64,000 nucleotides of DNA from a bacterium. GTDB lineage: Bacteria; Patescibacteriota; CPR2; UBA1875; JAJYID01. Positions 25,743 through 35,217 of this stretch are shown one piece after another (positions within the stretch are counted from its first letter, which is position 1; each line of letters begins with the position of its first letter). Location: contig JAJYID010000003.1 in assembly GCA_021790235.1 (NCBI GenBank), forward strand, positions 20,038-84,037. The letters are read 5' to 3'. The notes beneath the pieces are model-generated. The model ran no database searches and was not told the DNA's origin. It was given only the letters and a program-made list of their open reading frames with translations. The translations under genes were made by a program, and so were the position numbers.

Positions 25743-26534
25743 TCAGTTTATTATAATCTGGACCCGTTCAAGAGTATTGAAATCTATTTGTGTCCTAATA
25801 GAAGCAGATTGAAAAATAGAATTATTTTGTTTAGTGATATTTTCAATTTTTCCGATTAAAAGGCCTTTTGGATATCCGCCGCCTAAGCCGGAGGTTATTA
25901 CATTTTGGCCTTCCTGGAGAGCAGCATCTTGCTGTATTTGGTTCATTATGATACCCATGCCAATTTGCCCTTGTACCAAGCCATCCGCATTTATATCCGG
26001 AATTTGGGCAGGTACATCTGAAAGTGGATCTGTGATCAAAAGAATCTTAGCTGAGTTAGCATAAACATCGGTCACTCTGCCTATCAAAAAACCCTCGCTT
26101 GTTGCAGCCATCTTAGGTTTTATACCGTCTTTGGCGCCTTTATCTATCACAATACTTTCCCTTACATTTGTTGGGTCAAAGAAAGTGATACTCGCAGCTA
26201 CCGTCTGAAAACCACTGTTATCCTTAAAACCAAGCGCCCTTTTTAAGGATTCATTTTCCTGTATATCGGCTGTCATCATTGCATTCTTTGATTGGAGACC
26301 ATTAACTTCTAAACGAAGTTTTTTGTTTTCCTTCTCCAAATCACCAATATTAGTGAGATTGACCAATAAGTCTTTTACATCCCCGGAAACATCTGAAAAA
26401 ACTATTCCTATTGGCTGGAAAACTCGAGAAATACCAGAATCAACTCCTGAGAATGATCCTTTAGATTCGGAAAAAAGAAGGCTAAGGATAACAATCAAGA
26501 TACCAAAAAAAATTAAAAAAGATATTTTTTTCAT
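25743..26534 (-). CDS. mreC: rod shape-determining protein MreC
   Basis: N-terminal anchor, coiled coil (ENKKLRLEVNGLQ), beta-domain ..GLVQGQ..GYPKGLLIGKI. Confidence 0.9.
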   Translation of the reverse strand: MKKISFLIFFGILIVILSLLFSESKGSFSGVDSGISRVFQPIGIVFSDVSGDVKDLLVNLTNIGDLEKENKKLRLEVNGLQSKNAMMTADIQENESLKRALGFKDNSGFQTVAASITFFDPTNVRESIVIDKGAKDGIKPKMAATSEGFLIGRVTDVYANSAKILLITDPLSDVPAQIPDINADGLVQGQIGMGIIMNQIQQDAALQEGQNVITSGLGGGYPKGLLIGKIENITKQNNSIFQSASIRTQIDFNTLERVQIIIN

Positions 26535-26598
26535 TATAATTAGTTAAACAGTCAATTAGATAAAAAGCTTGCTTTTTTACCTAATTTCTATTTCTAAT

Positions 26599-27654
26599 TT
26601 ATACTTTTGGCGATTTTTCATATTGCGTAGTCACTAGGACATCCTTCAAAGATTCAATATCTTCAAGTACTAATCCGGCGCCTCTAACAACGCTAGTCAG
26701 GGGGTCATCGGTAATATGCACAGGTATTTTTGTGTTAAGTTTAAGCAGTTTATCAAGTCCACGTAAAAGTCCGCCTCCACCAGCCAGAATAATACCTCTA
26801 TCCATAATATCTGCCACAAGTTCGGGTGGTGTTTCTTCTACAGTCATTTTTACCGCATCCACAATTTGGCCGATAGATTTTTGGATGGCCTTTCTGACTT
26901 GATCGCTGGTGATTGTAATTGACTTTGGGAGTCCGGTGACTAGATCTCGCCCGCGCATAGTCGCTTCAAGTTTATGATCACTAGGATATGCACTCCCAAT
27001 AGCAATTTTAATTTCTTCAGCAGTTCGTTCACCAAGCAACAGGTTAAATTCATCTCTCGCAAACTGAATGATATCTTCGTTTAGCTCATCCCCCGCAATT
27101 CGAAGAGATCTGGATGCTACTATTCCACCAAGTGATATTACAGCCACCTCTGTCGTTCCACCGCCAATATCAACAATCATAGAGCCAGCCGGATCCTGAA
27201 CAGGCAGACGAGCTCCGATCGCAGCTGCCATTGGTTCCTCTATCAGATATGATTGCCTGGCGCCGGCATTTATTGTTGCATCTTCCACCGCCCTTTTTTC
27301 CACTTCTGTTACACCTGACGGAATACCGACTACAACTCGAGGTCTCGGAAAAAGACTAAAACTTTCCTGATGAACTTTATCAATAAAATATTTGAGCATT
27401 TGTTCAGTAATCTCAAAGTCACTAACCACCCCATCTACAAGGGGACGAGTAGCTATAATATTTGCCGGAGTTCTTCCGACCATTTTCTTTGCATCATCGC
27501 CTATAGCTAAAATTTGTTTAGTTTTTTTGTTGAGTGCTACAACTGACGGCTCGTTTATAACAATACCTTTCCCTTTTACATACACAAGAGTATTGGCCGT
27601 TCCGAGGTCAATGCCTATATCATGCGAGAAATATCCGAATACTTTATTTAGCAT
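26599..27654 (-). CDS. mreB: rod shape-determining actin homolog MreB
   Basis: DIGIDLGTANTLVY, VVIGVPSG.T.VE.RA, DIGGGTTE. Confidence 0.96.
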   Translation of the reverse strand: MLNKVFGYFSHDIGIDLGTANTLVYVKGKGIVINEPSVVALNKKTKQILAIGDDAKKMVGRTPANIIATRPLVDGVVSDFEITEQMLKYFIDKVHQESFSLFPRPRVVVGIPSGVTEVEKRAVEDATINAGARQSYLIEEPMAAAIGARLPVQDPAGSMIVDIGGGTTEVAVISLGGIVASRSLRIAGDELNEDIIQFARDEFNLLLGERTAEEIKIAIGSAYPSDHKLEATMRGRDLVTGLPKSITITSDQVRKAIQKSIGQIVDAVKMTVEETPPELVADIMDRGIILAGGGGLLRGLDKLLKLNTKIPVHITDDPLTSVVRGAGLVLEDIESLKDVLVTTQYEKSPKV

Positions 27655-28885
27655 AATAATCTTTTACTTTTTTAATTAAATCTTTTTCATTTAGGATTTC
27701 TGGCTTTGATTTATTTCTCTCTTTGACTTCATATCCACCTGAATTTAAAGATTTTTCAGAAACTATCACCCTTATAGGCATACCCAAGAGATCAGCATCT
27801 TGCAGTTTCACTCCGGCCGATTCCTCTCTATTATCCCATAAAACTTCAACCTTTTCTCTTTGTAGTTTTTCGTAAAGCTTTTCTGCTTCTTTATTCTCCC
27901 TTAAATCGATCAAATGCACATTGTAAGGTGCAACTTCCTTGGGCCAAACAATCCCTTTTTCATCAGACAAAACTTCCACGATAGTACCCATAATCCTTGA
28001 CGGCCCGATTCCATAGCATCCCATAAGTACAGTATTTTCCTTACCCTTTTCATCTAAATACACAACCTTAAAAGATTTGGTAAATTTATCTTTCAACTTA
28101 AAGATATTCGCAATCTCTATGGCCCGAGTTTCTTGAAGATCAGTTCTGCCACATTTGGGACATTCTTTTTGTGTAAGAATTATCTCTTTATTTATACCCA
28201 TTTTGCATTGCCGACAAAGATAAATCGTGTCTTCACCCACAGGCGATTCAGTTTGAAATTCATGCGAGAATTTTGAAAATGTTCCTCCGGAAGCAAAAGT
28301 AAGAAAAGTTTTTTCCTTTAGACCAAATCTTTTAAACATTTTTTCATATGATTGAATAACCTGATCATAATATTGATTTAAATCTTTCTCTTCGGCATGG
28401 AATGAATATAGGTCTTTCATCCTAAATTCCCTGCCTCGTAATATTCCTGACTTTGGTCTTTTTTCATCTCTAAATTTTGTTTGAATTTGAAAAACATACT
28501 TCGGCAGATCTTTATAAGATAGGATGTATTTTTTAGCTAAAGGCGTTACCACTTCCTCATGCGTACCACCAAGGGCCACTTCATTTTTAGAATAGTAGCT
28601 TGTAAAGCGATAAAGATCATCCATAGTATCCCATCTACCTGTTTTCTTCCAATTTTCTGATGGTGTCAGTGCCGGCATTAGAATTTCCTGCCCACCAATC
28701 GCAGTTATTTCTTCGCGTATAATTTCTTCGATTTTTTCGAGCACCTTTTTCCCTAACGGCAAATAAGCATAGACGCCGGACATTACTTGATCAACATATC
28801 CGGCGCGAACCAAAAGCTCATGGTTTTTGCTCTCGGCCTTTACGATATTTTTTGTTGTTTTTGAAAAAAGTTTGCTTAGTTCCAT
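27644..28885 (-). CDS. proS: prolyl-tRNA synthetase, short form lacking the INS editing domain, with a Cys4 knuckle at the INS position
   Basis: ELLVRAGYVDQVMSGVYAYLPLG, motif 2 FRDEKRPKSGILRGREFRMKDLYSF, motif 3 GCYGIGPSR. Only CRQCKMG..(14)..CPKCG lies between GEDTI and IEIANIFKL. 413 aa. Confidence 0.88.
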   Translation of the reverse strand: MELSKLFSKTTKNIVKAESKNHELLVRAGYVDQVMSGVYAYLPLGKKVLEKIEEIIREEITAIGGQEILMPALTPSENWKKTGRWDTMDDLYRFTSYYSKNEVALGGTHEEVVTPLAKKYILSYKDLPKYVFQIQTKFRDEKRPKSGILRGREFRMKDLYSFHAEEKDLNQYYDQVIQSYEKMFKRFGLKEKTFLTFASGGTFSKFSHEFQTESPVGEDTIYLCRQCKMGINKEIILTQKECPKCGRTDLQETRAIEIANIFKLKDKFTKSFKVVYLDEKGKENTVLMGCYGIGPSRIMGTIVEVLSDEKGIVWPKEVAPYNVHLIDLRENKEAEKLYEKLQREKVEVLWDNREESAGVKLQDADLLGMPIRVIVSEKSLNSGGYEVKERNKSKPEILNEKDLIKKVKDYYAK

Positions 28886-28905
28886 TTTTTAATTTTCATT
28901 TAAGG

Positions 28906-30027
28906 CTACTTGATAATACCAAATGTAAAGAAATCTTTAAAGGTCAGAGCGACATATAAAATGACAACAAAGCCAAGGCCGGCAAACTGGATAATACCTT
29001 TAGTTTTAGCTGTAAACTTTTTCCTGGCCGCTGACTCTATTAAAGTTACAAGGATTTGGCCGCCGTCCAGCCCAGGAACCGGCAAGATGTTTATTATACC
29101 GACAGCTATCGATAGTATAGCAACCCACTGAATAAAGATAGAAAAGCCGGATTGGGCTGCGTTACTGGTTAAAATATAGACACCTATCGGGCCAGCAAGA
29201 CCTTCTGGCACTTTGAAATGTATGATAGCTCCGCCAATTACCTGAAAAAACATTGTTGTGTATTCATAAATAAATGTTCCAACTTCTATAAAAGATGCTT
29301 TAATGGCGGTAAAAAACGGAGCAGAGACTTTCCCTGTTGTCTCTAAAACCACACCTATTCTCGGCACTTCCCGGGTTTTGCCGCCCACATTTTCCTTGAA
29401 AAGGTAGGTAGAGAAAGTTTTAACAAAGATTTGTCCATTTCTACTTATCTCTGCATTTACTATGACATTTTTATTTTTCGCTGCCTTTTCCTCGAGATGC
29501 TGTACAATAGTTGTACTGTCATTTACCTTGATTCCATCAACTTTCTCAATAATATCGCCTTTCTGCAAACCTTCTTTCGCAGCCGGTGTACCCTTCTCGA
29601 CCGTCATAACTATGGCATGCATGTTATTATTCACGCCCTTTTGATCTGCCATACCGGGTATGATTGGCTGAGTGCCCGCTAAGTAACTGCCAAAAATAAT
29701 AAAATAAGCCAGAACAAAGTTCATAAATACCCCTGCCGCAAAGATTAAAAGCTTGATGTATAGCGGTCTTGAGGCAAAGCTCCGTGGGTCTTCTGCATCT
29801 TTACCGTCTTCTCCGTAAAGTTTTACAAATCCGCCCAAAAGGACAATGTTAATAGCATAAGTAGTCTCCCCAATCTTTTTCCGCCAAATATTAGGGGGAA
29901 AACCAAAAGCAAACTCATCTACCCTGACGCCACTCGCTTTTGCTGAGATAAAATGACCGAATTCATGGAAAGTAATTATTAAAAATATAGCGAAGAGAAA
30001 TCCTATGATTGAAATAAAAAGGGCCAT
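28906..30027 (-). CDS. rseP: RIP metalloprotease RseP (M50 site-2 protease) with PDZ
   Basis: HEFGHF zinc motif in TM1, a central PDZ, and a C-terminal NxxPxxxLDG-like (NILPVPGLDGG). Confidence 0.92.
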   Translation of the reverse strand: MALFISIIGFLFAIFLIITFHEFGHFISAKASGVRVDEFAFGFPPNIWRKKIGETTYAINIVLLGGFVKLYGEDGKDAEDPRSFASRPLYIKLLIFAAGVFMNFVLAYFIIFGSYLAGTQPIIPGMADQKGVNNNMHAIVMTVEKGTPAAKEGLQKGDIIEKVDGIKVNDSTTIVQHLEEKAAKNKNVIVNAEISRNGQIFVKTFSTYLFKENVGGKTREVPRIGVVLETTGKVSAPFFTAIKASFIEVGTFIYEYTTMFFQVIGGAIIHFKVPEGLAGPIGVYILTSNAAQSGFSIFIQWVAILSIAVGIINILPVPGLDGGQILVTLIESAARKKFTAKTKGIIQFAGLGFVVILYVALTFKDFFTFGIIK

Positions 30028-30046
30028 TTCTTTCTTTCTTAAAAAA

Positions 30047-30604
30047 TTAAATAGTTAGCAAATCACTTTCCTTATTTGCAAGGATTTCTTCGATTTTTTT
30101 ATTATACTTATCCACTATCTTTTGAAGATCTTCCTCACCACGATACATATCATCTTCGCCTATTTGACTGTCAGTTTTTGACTTTTTAATCTGGTTTAGT
30201 ACATCTCCGCGTACATTTCGTACAGAAATTCTTGCATTTTCTGCTTTGTCGCGCGCAATTTTTACAAATTCCTTGCGCCTTTCTTCAGTAAGTTCAGGAA
30301 GATTAATCCTTAAGTTTTCACCGGTATTTACAGGATTGAGTTTCAGATCAGAATCTCGAATAGCTGTTTCTATTTGGGCAAGATTTGACTTATCCCACGG
30401 TTGAATAAGAATAGATCTTGGTTCAGGAATTGTTATAGTGGCGACAGCTTTAATGGGGTTTTTTGCGCCATAAACATCTACCATAATATCATCAACTAAA
30501 GAGACACTCGCTCTGCCCGTATGAATTGTCCCTAACTCTTCTTCTAAGATCTCAATGGTCTTTTGGAACCTAGGCTCAGCACCTTTGATAAGTTCTTCTA
30601 TCAC
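30047..30604 (-). CDS. frr: ribosome recycling factor
   Basis: 185 aa with ..TGRASVSLVDDIMVDVYG..LINLPELTEERRKE.. pattern. Confidence 0.95.
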   Translation of the reverse strand: MIEELIKGAEPRFQKTIEILEEELGTIHTGRASVSLVDDIMVDVYGAKNPIKAVATITIPEPRSILIQPWDKSNLAQIETAIRDSDLKLNPVNTGENLRINLPELTEERRKEFVKIARDKAENARISVRNVRGDVLNQIKKSKTDSQIGEDDMYRGEEDLQKIVDKYNKKIEEILANKESDLLTI

Positions 30605-30642
30605 TTAATCCTCCTTTGTGACTGGTTATAACTAATAACTTC

Positions 30643-31233
30643 TTACTTTCCTACTTCAAATCTGCAAAATCTTCTAATCTCTATTTTTTCGCCGATTTTA
30701 CCGATCGTTTCAGCTAGCAGCTCCTCGATGGTAATATCCGGATTTTTGACAAATGTCTGTTTCAGAAGACTGTTTTCGCTAAAAAACTTTTCTTTCTTGC
30801 CCTCCCAGATTTTATCAAGAATATCAGCCGGTTTCCCGTCTTTTTTTAGTTTCTCAAGTTCGATATCCTTTTCTTTTTCCAGAACTTTCGCCGGCACATC
30901 TTCCGGATACAGATATTCAGGGTTTGCAGCAGCGACATGCATAGCCACGTCTCGAGCAAATCTTTGAAAATCATCGCTTCTGGCCACAAAATCGGTTTCG
31001 CAAGTTACCTCTATTAGAACACCAATTTTGTTCCCATGTATATAAGAAGTAATAATTCCTTCTTTAGCTTCACGCTCGGCCCTTTTAGCCGCGGTCGCTG
31101 CGCCTTTTTTCCTTAATATTTCCACAGCTTTCTCAACGTCTCCTTTTGCTTCTTCGAGCGCATATTTACAATCCATCATGGGAGCACCGCAGATTTTTCT
31201 TAAATTTTGAACATCTTTTGCGCTAATTGCCAT
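30643..31233 (-). CDS. tsf: elongation factor Ts (short form)
   Basis: UBA-like N-terminus ISAKDVQNLRKICGAPMMDCKYALEE, then ..GVLIEVTCETDFVA.. Confidence 0.95.
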   Translation of the reverse strand: MAISAKDVQNLRKICGAPMMDCKYALEEAKGDVEKAVEILRKKGAATAAKRAEREAKEGIITSYIHGNKIGVLIEVTCETDFVARSDDFQRFARDVAMHVAAANPEYLYPEDVPAKVLEKEKDIELEKLKKDGKPADILDKIWEGKKEKFFSENSLLKQTFVKNPDITIEELLAETIGKIGEKIEIRRFCRFEVGK

Positions 31234-31288
31234 TATCTTCCTCTATCCTATTAGTGACTCCAACTACAACACCGGAGCCTCATTAGTT

Positions 31289-32089
31289 TTATTTTTCCTT
31301 TTTTTCTTTGCTAAAAACTTCCTTATCCTTTTCCTCGACTTCTTCTGCTTCTATCCCCTCGTCTTTTTCTTTTTTGACTTTAATTTCATCCTTAACAGAT
31401 GTTTCTTCTTTTACTTTTACCGGAGCGGCCTGAATAATACCTGAAATGTATGAACATATTAATTTGACTGTTTTCACAGCGTCATCGTTTGCCGGGATAG
31501 GATAATCAACGATTTCTGGATTTACATTCGTATCAACAATTGCCACTATAGGAATTCCCATTTTCTTTGCTTCTTTGACAGCTGTCATCTCTTTGGAAAC
31601 ATCTATTACAAAAAGCACATCAGGTGTTCGAACTAAATCTATAATACCACCTAGGTTGTTTTCCAGTTTTTTTAACTCTTCCTCACCTTTGAGTTTTTCT
31701 TTTTTTGTCATTTCAGAACTTTCCTCAAGCTTTGTTTTAAGATCTTTCATATACTTAATTCTGGAAGCGATAGTCTGGAAGTTTGTAAGCATTCCCCCGA
31801 GCCATCTTTCACTAACATACGGCATACTGCATTTTTCCGCCTCTTCTTTTACAATTGCCTGGGCCTGTTTTTTTGTGCCAACAAATAGAACTTTACCACC
31901 TGCTGAAACAACCTGTTCTATAAATTTCTTTGCATCATTCAGCTTTCCAACTGTTTGAGCTAGATCAATAATATGAACTTTATTTTTTTGAGTAAAAATA
32001 TAAGGAGCCATCTTCGGATTCCATCGCTGGGTCTGGTGTCCGAAATGTGCTCCTGCTTCAAAAAGTTCTTGCATTGTAATTTCTGCCAT
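31289..32089 (-). CDS. rpsB: 30S ribosomal protein S2 with a K/E-rich C-terminal tail of about 45 aa
   Basis: LFEAGAHFGHQTQRWNPKM, ..FVGTKKQA.., ..WLGGMLTN.., ..IVDTN... Confidence 0.96.
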   Translation of the reverse strand: MAEITMQELFEAGAHFGHQTQRWNPKMAPYIFTQKNKVHIIDLAQTVGKLNDAKKFIEQVVSAGGKVLFVGTKKQAQAIVKEEAEKCSMPYVSERWLGGMLTNFQTIASRIKYMKDLKTKLEESSEMTKKEKLKGEEELKKLENNLGGIIDLVRTPDVLFVIDVSKEMTAVKEAKKMGIPIVAIVDTNVNPEIVDYPIPANDDAVKTVKLICSYISGIIQAAPVKVKEETSVKDEIKVKKEKDEGIEAEEVEEKDKEVFSKEKKEK

Positions 32090-32215
32090 ATATTTCTCCT
32101 TTTGCCTGACATATATGTCAGGACTCCTCCGCTCATGATTTAACTCGCCCGCAAGCCCTGATTCGGGAGGAATGCGCGCATCAAAAGCGTGTGTTTTTAG
32201 TTTTTATAAGCTTAC
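32090..32215 (-). promoter_or_regulatory. GC-rich structured leader upstream of rpsB (possible S2 autoregulatory leader)
   Basis: Minus strand holds a 7-bp hairpin CCUGACA-UAUA-UGUCAGG just before the SD, and a UCCUCC..GGAGGA pairing. The call is speculative. Confidence 0.25.
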
Positions 32216-32272
32216 TTAGTGTATCAGAACTAGATACTTTTTACAAGGGTTAATACTATTAATTTTAGATTT

Positions 32273-32446
32273 TTAGAGGCTTGTTAACTTATAAGCTCCC
32301 CAGATACCAAAAAGTCCCCCGATCACTGTAAAAAATATTGAGCTAAATGATAGTAGGTTTCCTCCCCATAAAAGCGGTACAAAGCCGCCTAATGCTGAAC
32401 CAACTAACATCCCAAGCATGATGGTTTTCTTTTCCATGTTCGTCAT
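32273..32446 (-). CDS. small hydrophobic protein (57 aa, two predicted TM helices), below the ORF-track cutoff
   Basis: Own translation: MTNMEKKTIMLGMLVGSALGGFVPLLWGGNLLSFSSIFFTVIGGLFGIWGAYKLTSL*. Glycine-zipper-like TM segments. Confidence 0.45.
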   Translation of the reverse strand: MTNMEKKTIMLGMLVGSALGGFVPLLWGGNLLSFSSIFFTVIGGLFGIWGAYKLTSL

Positions 32447-32494
32447 CGTACACTAAAATTGCGCCAAAATAAATATGGATTTAAAAATAGATTC

Positions 32495-32570
32495 AAAAAA
32501 CCTGATAATATCAGGTATAAGTAATCTTCGTCTTTATTTGTCGGGTGGGTGCAAAAATTGCACCCACCCG
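32495..32570 (-). terminator. tandem hairpins after the 32590..33174 gene: a 12-bp GC-rich stem, then a palindromic hairpin plus U6
   Basis: CGGGTGGGTGCA-5nt-TGCACCCACCCG (32542-32570), then ACCTGATA-A-TATCAGGT (32500-32516), followed on the minus strand by TTTTTT. Confidence 0.55.
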
Positions 32571-32589
32571 TAACTCAGCATGGAATAGC

Positions 32590-33174
32590 TTACCTTTTGA
32601 GATCCTCAAACTTGACTAGTGTCTCCTGTATCATATCGCCATAAGAACTGATTTCTTTGTGAGTAATCGTAATGGGTTTCACAATGTCAGCTAAGATCTC
32701 TGCACGAAATATCGGATTCTCAAGAGGCATTGCCCGGAGACAATGTCCCAAGGTTAACATAACAATCCCAAAAATCGTGTGTATCGCCACAAATCTTGCA
32801 TGGTTATGATAAATTTCTGGGGCAATTTGACTTTGGAAGTTGATGATCGGATCATGATGAAAATCCCTCGACCAGTTTGCAAAGCCAAAACGCAGTATTG
32901 TGCGGAGGTCTTCTTCACCCTTATTAATCTGAATAAAATTCAGGAAAAGGGAAAGGCCTCTTACTTTTTCATCGGCTTCTTCTTGGGCAAGAAGCTCAAG
33001 AAGCGCTTCTACACTAAACGCCGTAAGTTCCCCACCACCATAAGTCAACTCATTTTGCAGTTGATTTTCAAGGATACTACCATCTCCGCTTGGGTAAAAG
33101 ATCTCAACAAGTGGTGGGATAATTTCCTGATTGACTAGCTTCACAGCCGGCGTAAATTGAAACCTGCGGTTCAT
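32590..33174 (-). CDS. hypothetical protein (194 aa from ATG 33174)
   Basis: GGAGG lies 6 nt before the ATG at 33174 (MNRRFQF..). The track ORF's 35 extra N-terminal codons lack an RBS. No motif recognised. Confidence 0.6.
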   Translation of the reverse strand: MNRRFQFTPAVKLVNQEIIPPLVEIFYPSGDGSILENQLQNELTYGGGELTAFSVEALLELLAQEEADEKVRGLSLFLNFIQINKGEEDLRTILRFGFANWSRDFHHDPIINFQSQIAPEIYHNHARFVAIHTIFGIVMLTLGHCLRAMPLENPIFRAEILADIVKPITITHKEISSYGDMIQETLVKFEDLKR

Positions 33175-33417
33175 AGCTTGCCTCCAATGACTGGGTTTGT
33201 AAAGAACATGCCAATAAATCAGCAAGAATATTATAACATAAAAGTTACAAAATTGAATGAAATAAAGGCAAAATATCATGATTTTTTCTCAAAACAAACT
33301 TATCCTTGTTAATGACAGGGAAATCTGATATAATTGTTCAGAAATTTGAATAGTTACTGGTTCCTCCTGAAAAAGACTCTTCAGTAAGACAGGAAGTTCC
33401 AGAATAACAGGAGAAAA

Positions 33418-33777
33418 ATGAAAAAGAATATTCATCCTGAATACAAAAAAGCGCGTGTTACCTGCGGTTGCGGAAACGTTATAGAAACCATGAATACAGT
33501 GGGTGATTTGACAGTGGAAATCTGTAGTGCATGCCATCCTTTCTTTACCGGTAAACAAAAATTAGTTGATACTGCCGGCCGAGTTGATAAGTTTAAAGCA
33601 AAAATGGAAGCTGCTGAAAAGTTAAAGGCTGCTCAACAACCGAAGACAAAGAAAGAGAAAAAGTCGGTAGACACAACAAAACTCGATAAGAAAATGGAAG
33701 ACATCAAGGAAGAACTCACTGAAGAAACCATCGAAATTAAATCCGAAAAAGAAGACAATATTCAAACTGAAAATTAA
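33418..33777 (+). CDS. rpmE: 50S ribosomal protein L31 with a K/E-rich C-terminal tail of about 50 aa
   Basis: [35 protein letters not shown] is a canonical zinc-type L31. AGGAG SD. Confidence 0.93.
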   Translation: MKKNIHPEYKKARVTCGCGNVIETMNTVGDLTVEICSACHPFFTGKQKLVDTAGRVDKFKAKMEAAEKLKAAQQPKTKKEKKSVDTTKLDKKMEDIKEELTEETIEIKSEKEDNIQTEN

Positions 33778-33872
33778 ATATTTGGAAATGTAGCGCTGTT
33801 TTGATATCTCAAGACACGCTATAATTGTTTTTGGTTACAATTCGAAAATAAGTTTACATTAAACAAAGCGAA

Positions 33873-34943
33873 ATGTTAGAAAAATACGATTCATACAAAA
33901 AAGAATTTGCACATCTGGAAAAAGAACTCTCCTCACCGGATATTGTTTCTAATCCTAAAAAACTAAAGGAAATTTCAAAAAGGCATGGCGAGCTGAAGGA
34001 AGTGATTGTCGCCTTTGAGAAAGTCCAAAGTCTGGAAGATGACATTAGAGCTTCCCGTATCATGGTTGAAAAAGAAGATAACCAGGAAATGCGGAATTTT
34101 TTCGCTGATGAGATTATTGGCACTGAAGGCCATCTGGAAAAAGCTAAAAAAGAGCTGGAAACCTTACTTATACCAAAGGATTCGAATGATGAAAAAAATG
34201 TGATTTTAGAAATCCGAGCAGGAACCGGCGGAGATGAAGCGGCTCTTTTTGCCGGAGATCTTTTTAGAATGTATTCACGATATGCTGAGAGTCGGGGTTG
34301 GAAGATTTCTATGATGTCCTCAAATGTTACGGGAATCGAAGGCATTAAAGAAATGACCGCTAAAATTTCAGGCAACGATGTTTATAAATATTTAAAGTTT
34401 GAAAGTGGTGTCCATAGAGTTCAGAGAGTGCCGGAAACAGAATCTCAAGGGCGAATACACACTTCGGCTGCAACTGTAGCCGTTATGCCTGAAGCGGAAG
34501 AAGTAGATATTGAAATAGCTCCAGGCGATATTCGCGTAGATGTTTTCCGCTCATCAGGACCCGGCGGTCAAAGCGTAAATACTACGGATTCAGCGGTGAG
34601 AATTACACATATTCCAAGCGGAATGGTAGTTTCATGCCAAGACGAGAAATCTCAGCTGAAAAATAAGGATAAAGCCATGAATATTTTAAGATCCCGCCTT
34701 CTCGCTCAAAAACAAGATGAAGAAGCAAGAAAAAGAAGTGACTTACGCAAATCTCAGATCGGTTCCGGTGATCGCAGTGAGAAAATCCGCACTTACAACT
34801 ATCCCCAAGATCGTGTCACTGATCACAGAATTGGATTTACCGTTCATAATCTCCCGGAAATTATGAACGGTAAACTTGATGATATTATTGATGCTCTTCA
34901 AAAAACTTCACAAGAAAAAGCTCTGGAAAATCTAGAAAAATAA
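33873..34943 (+). CDS. prfA: peptide chain release factor 1
   Basis: GGQSVNTTDSAVRITHIPSG, and RVQRVPETESQGRIHTSAATVAVMPE (PxT-type tripeptide PET, i.e. RF1 rather than the SPF of RF2). Confidence 0.93.
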   Translation: MLEKYDSYKKEFAHLEKELSSPDIVSNPKKLKEISKRHGELKEVIVAFEKVQSLEDDIRASRIMVEKEDNQEMRNFFADEIIGTEGHLEKAKKELETLLIPKDSNDEKNVILEIRAGTGGDEAALFAGDLFRMYSRYAESRGWKISMMSSNVTGIEGIKEMTAKISGNDVYKYLKFESGVHRVQRVPETESQGRIHTSAATVAVMPEAEEVDIEIAPGDIRVDVFRSSGPGGQSVNTTDSAVRITHIPSGMVVSCQDEKSQLKNKDKAMNILRSRLLAQKQDEEARKRSDLRKSQIGSGDRSEKIRTYNYPQDRVTDHRIGFTVHNLPEIMNGKLDDIIDALQKTSQEKALENLEK

Positions 34944-35149
34944 TCTTTCAAAGGATGAAGTCAGAAACTTTGTTCTGCAAAATTTATTGAGACATAAAAA
35001 GAAGAAATTTCTCAGCTCACCTGTTGTATAAGACTTCAGATAGTATCAGTCGGGATGATGATCTATAATTGTCCTTCATATTCATATCGTAAGTGCCTTT
35101 ACAACTTATTTTTTTTCAGTTAAGCTATTTCTATATTACACATTTTGCG

Positions 35150-35172
35150 AGGGTATTTATTACCCTTTTTTT
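35150..35172 (+). terminator. weak terminator after prfA (GGGTA-5nt-TACCC plus T7)
   Basis: Read directly. The stem is short. Confidence 0.4.
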
Positions 35173-35217
35173 GCAACGCTCTTTTTAAAATTAAATCATG
35201 GAACAAAGGAGAATTTT

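Noticed and set aside
34431-34439. RF1 codon-recognition tripeptide reads PET instead of PAT/PVT
   Set aside because: The middle position of PxT is known to vary, so this is not evidence for altered stop-codon use.
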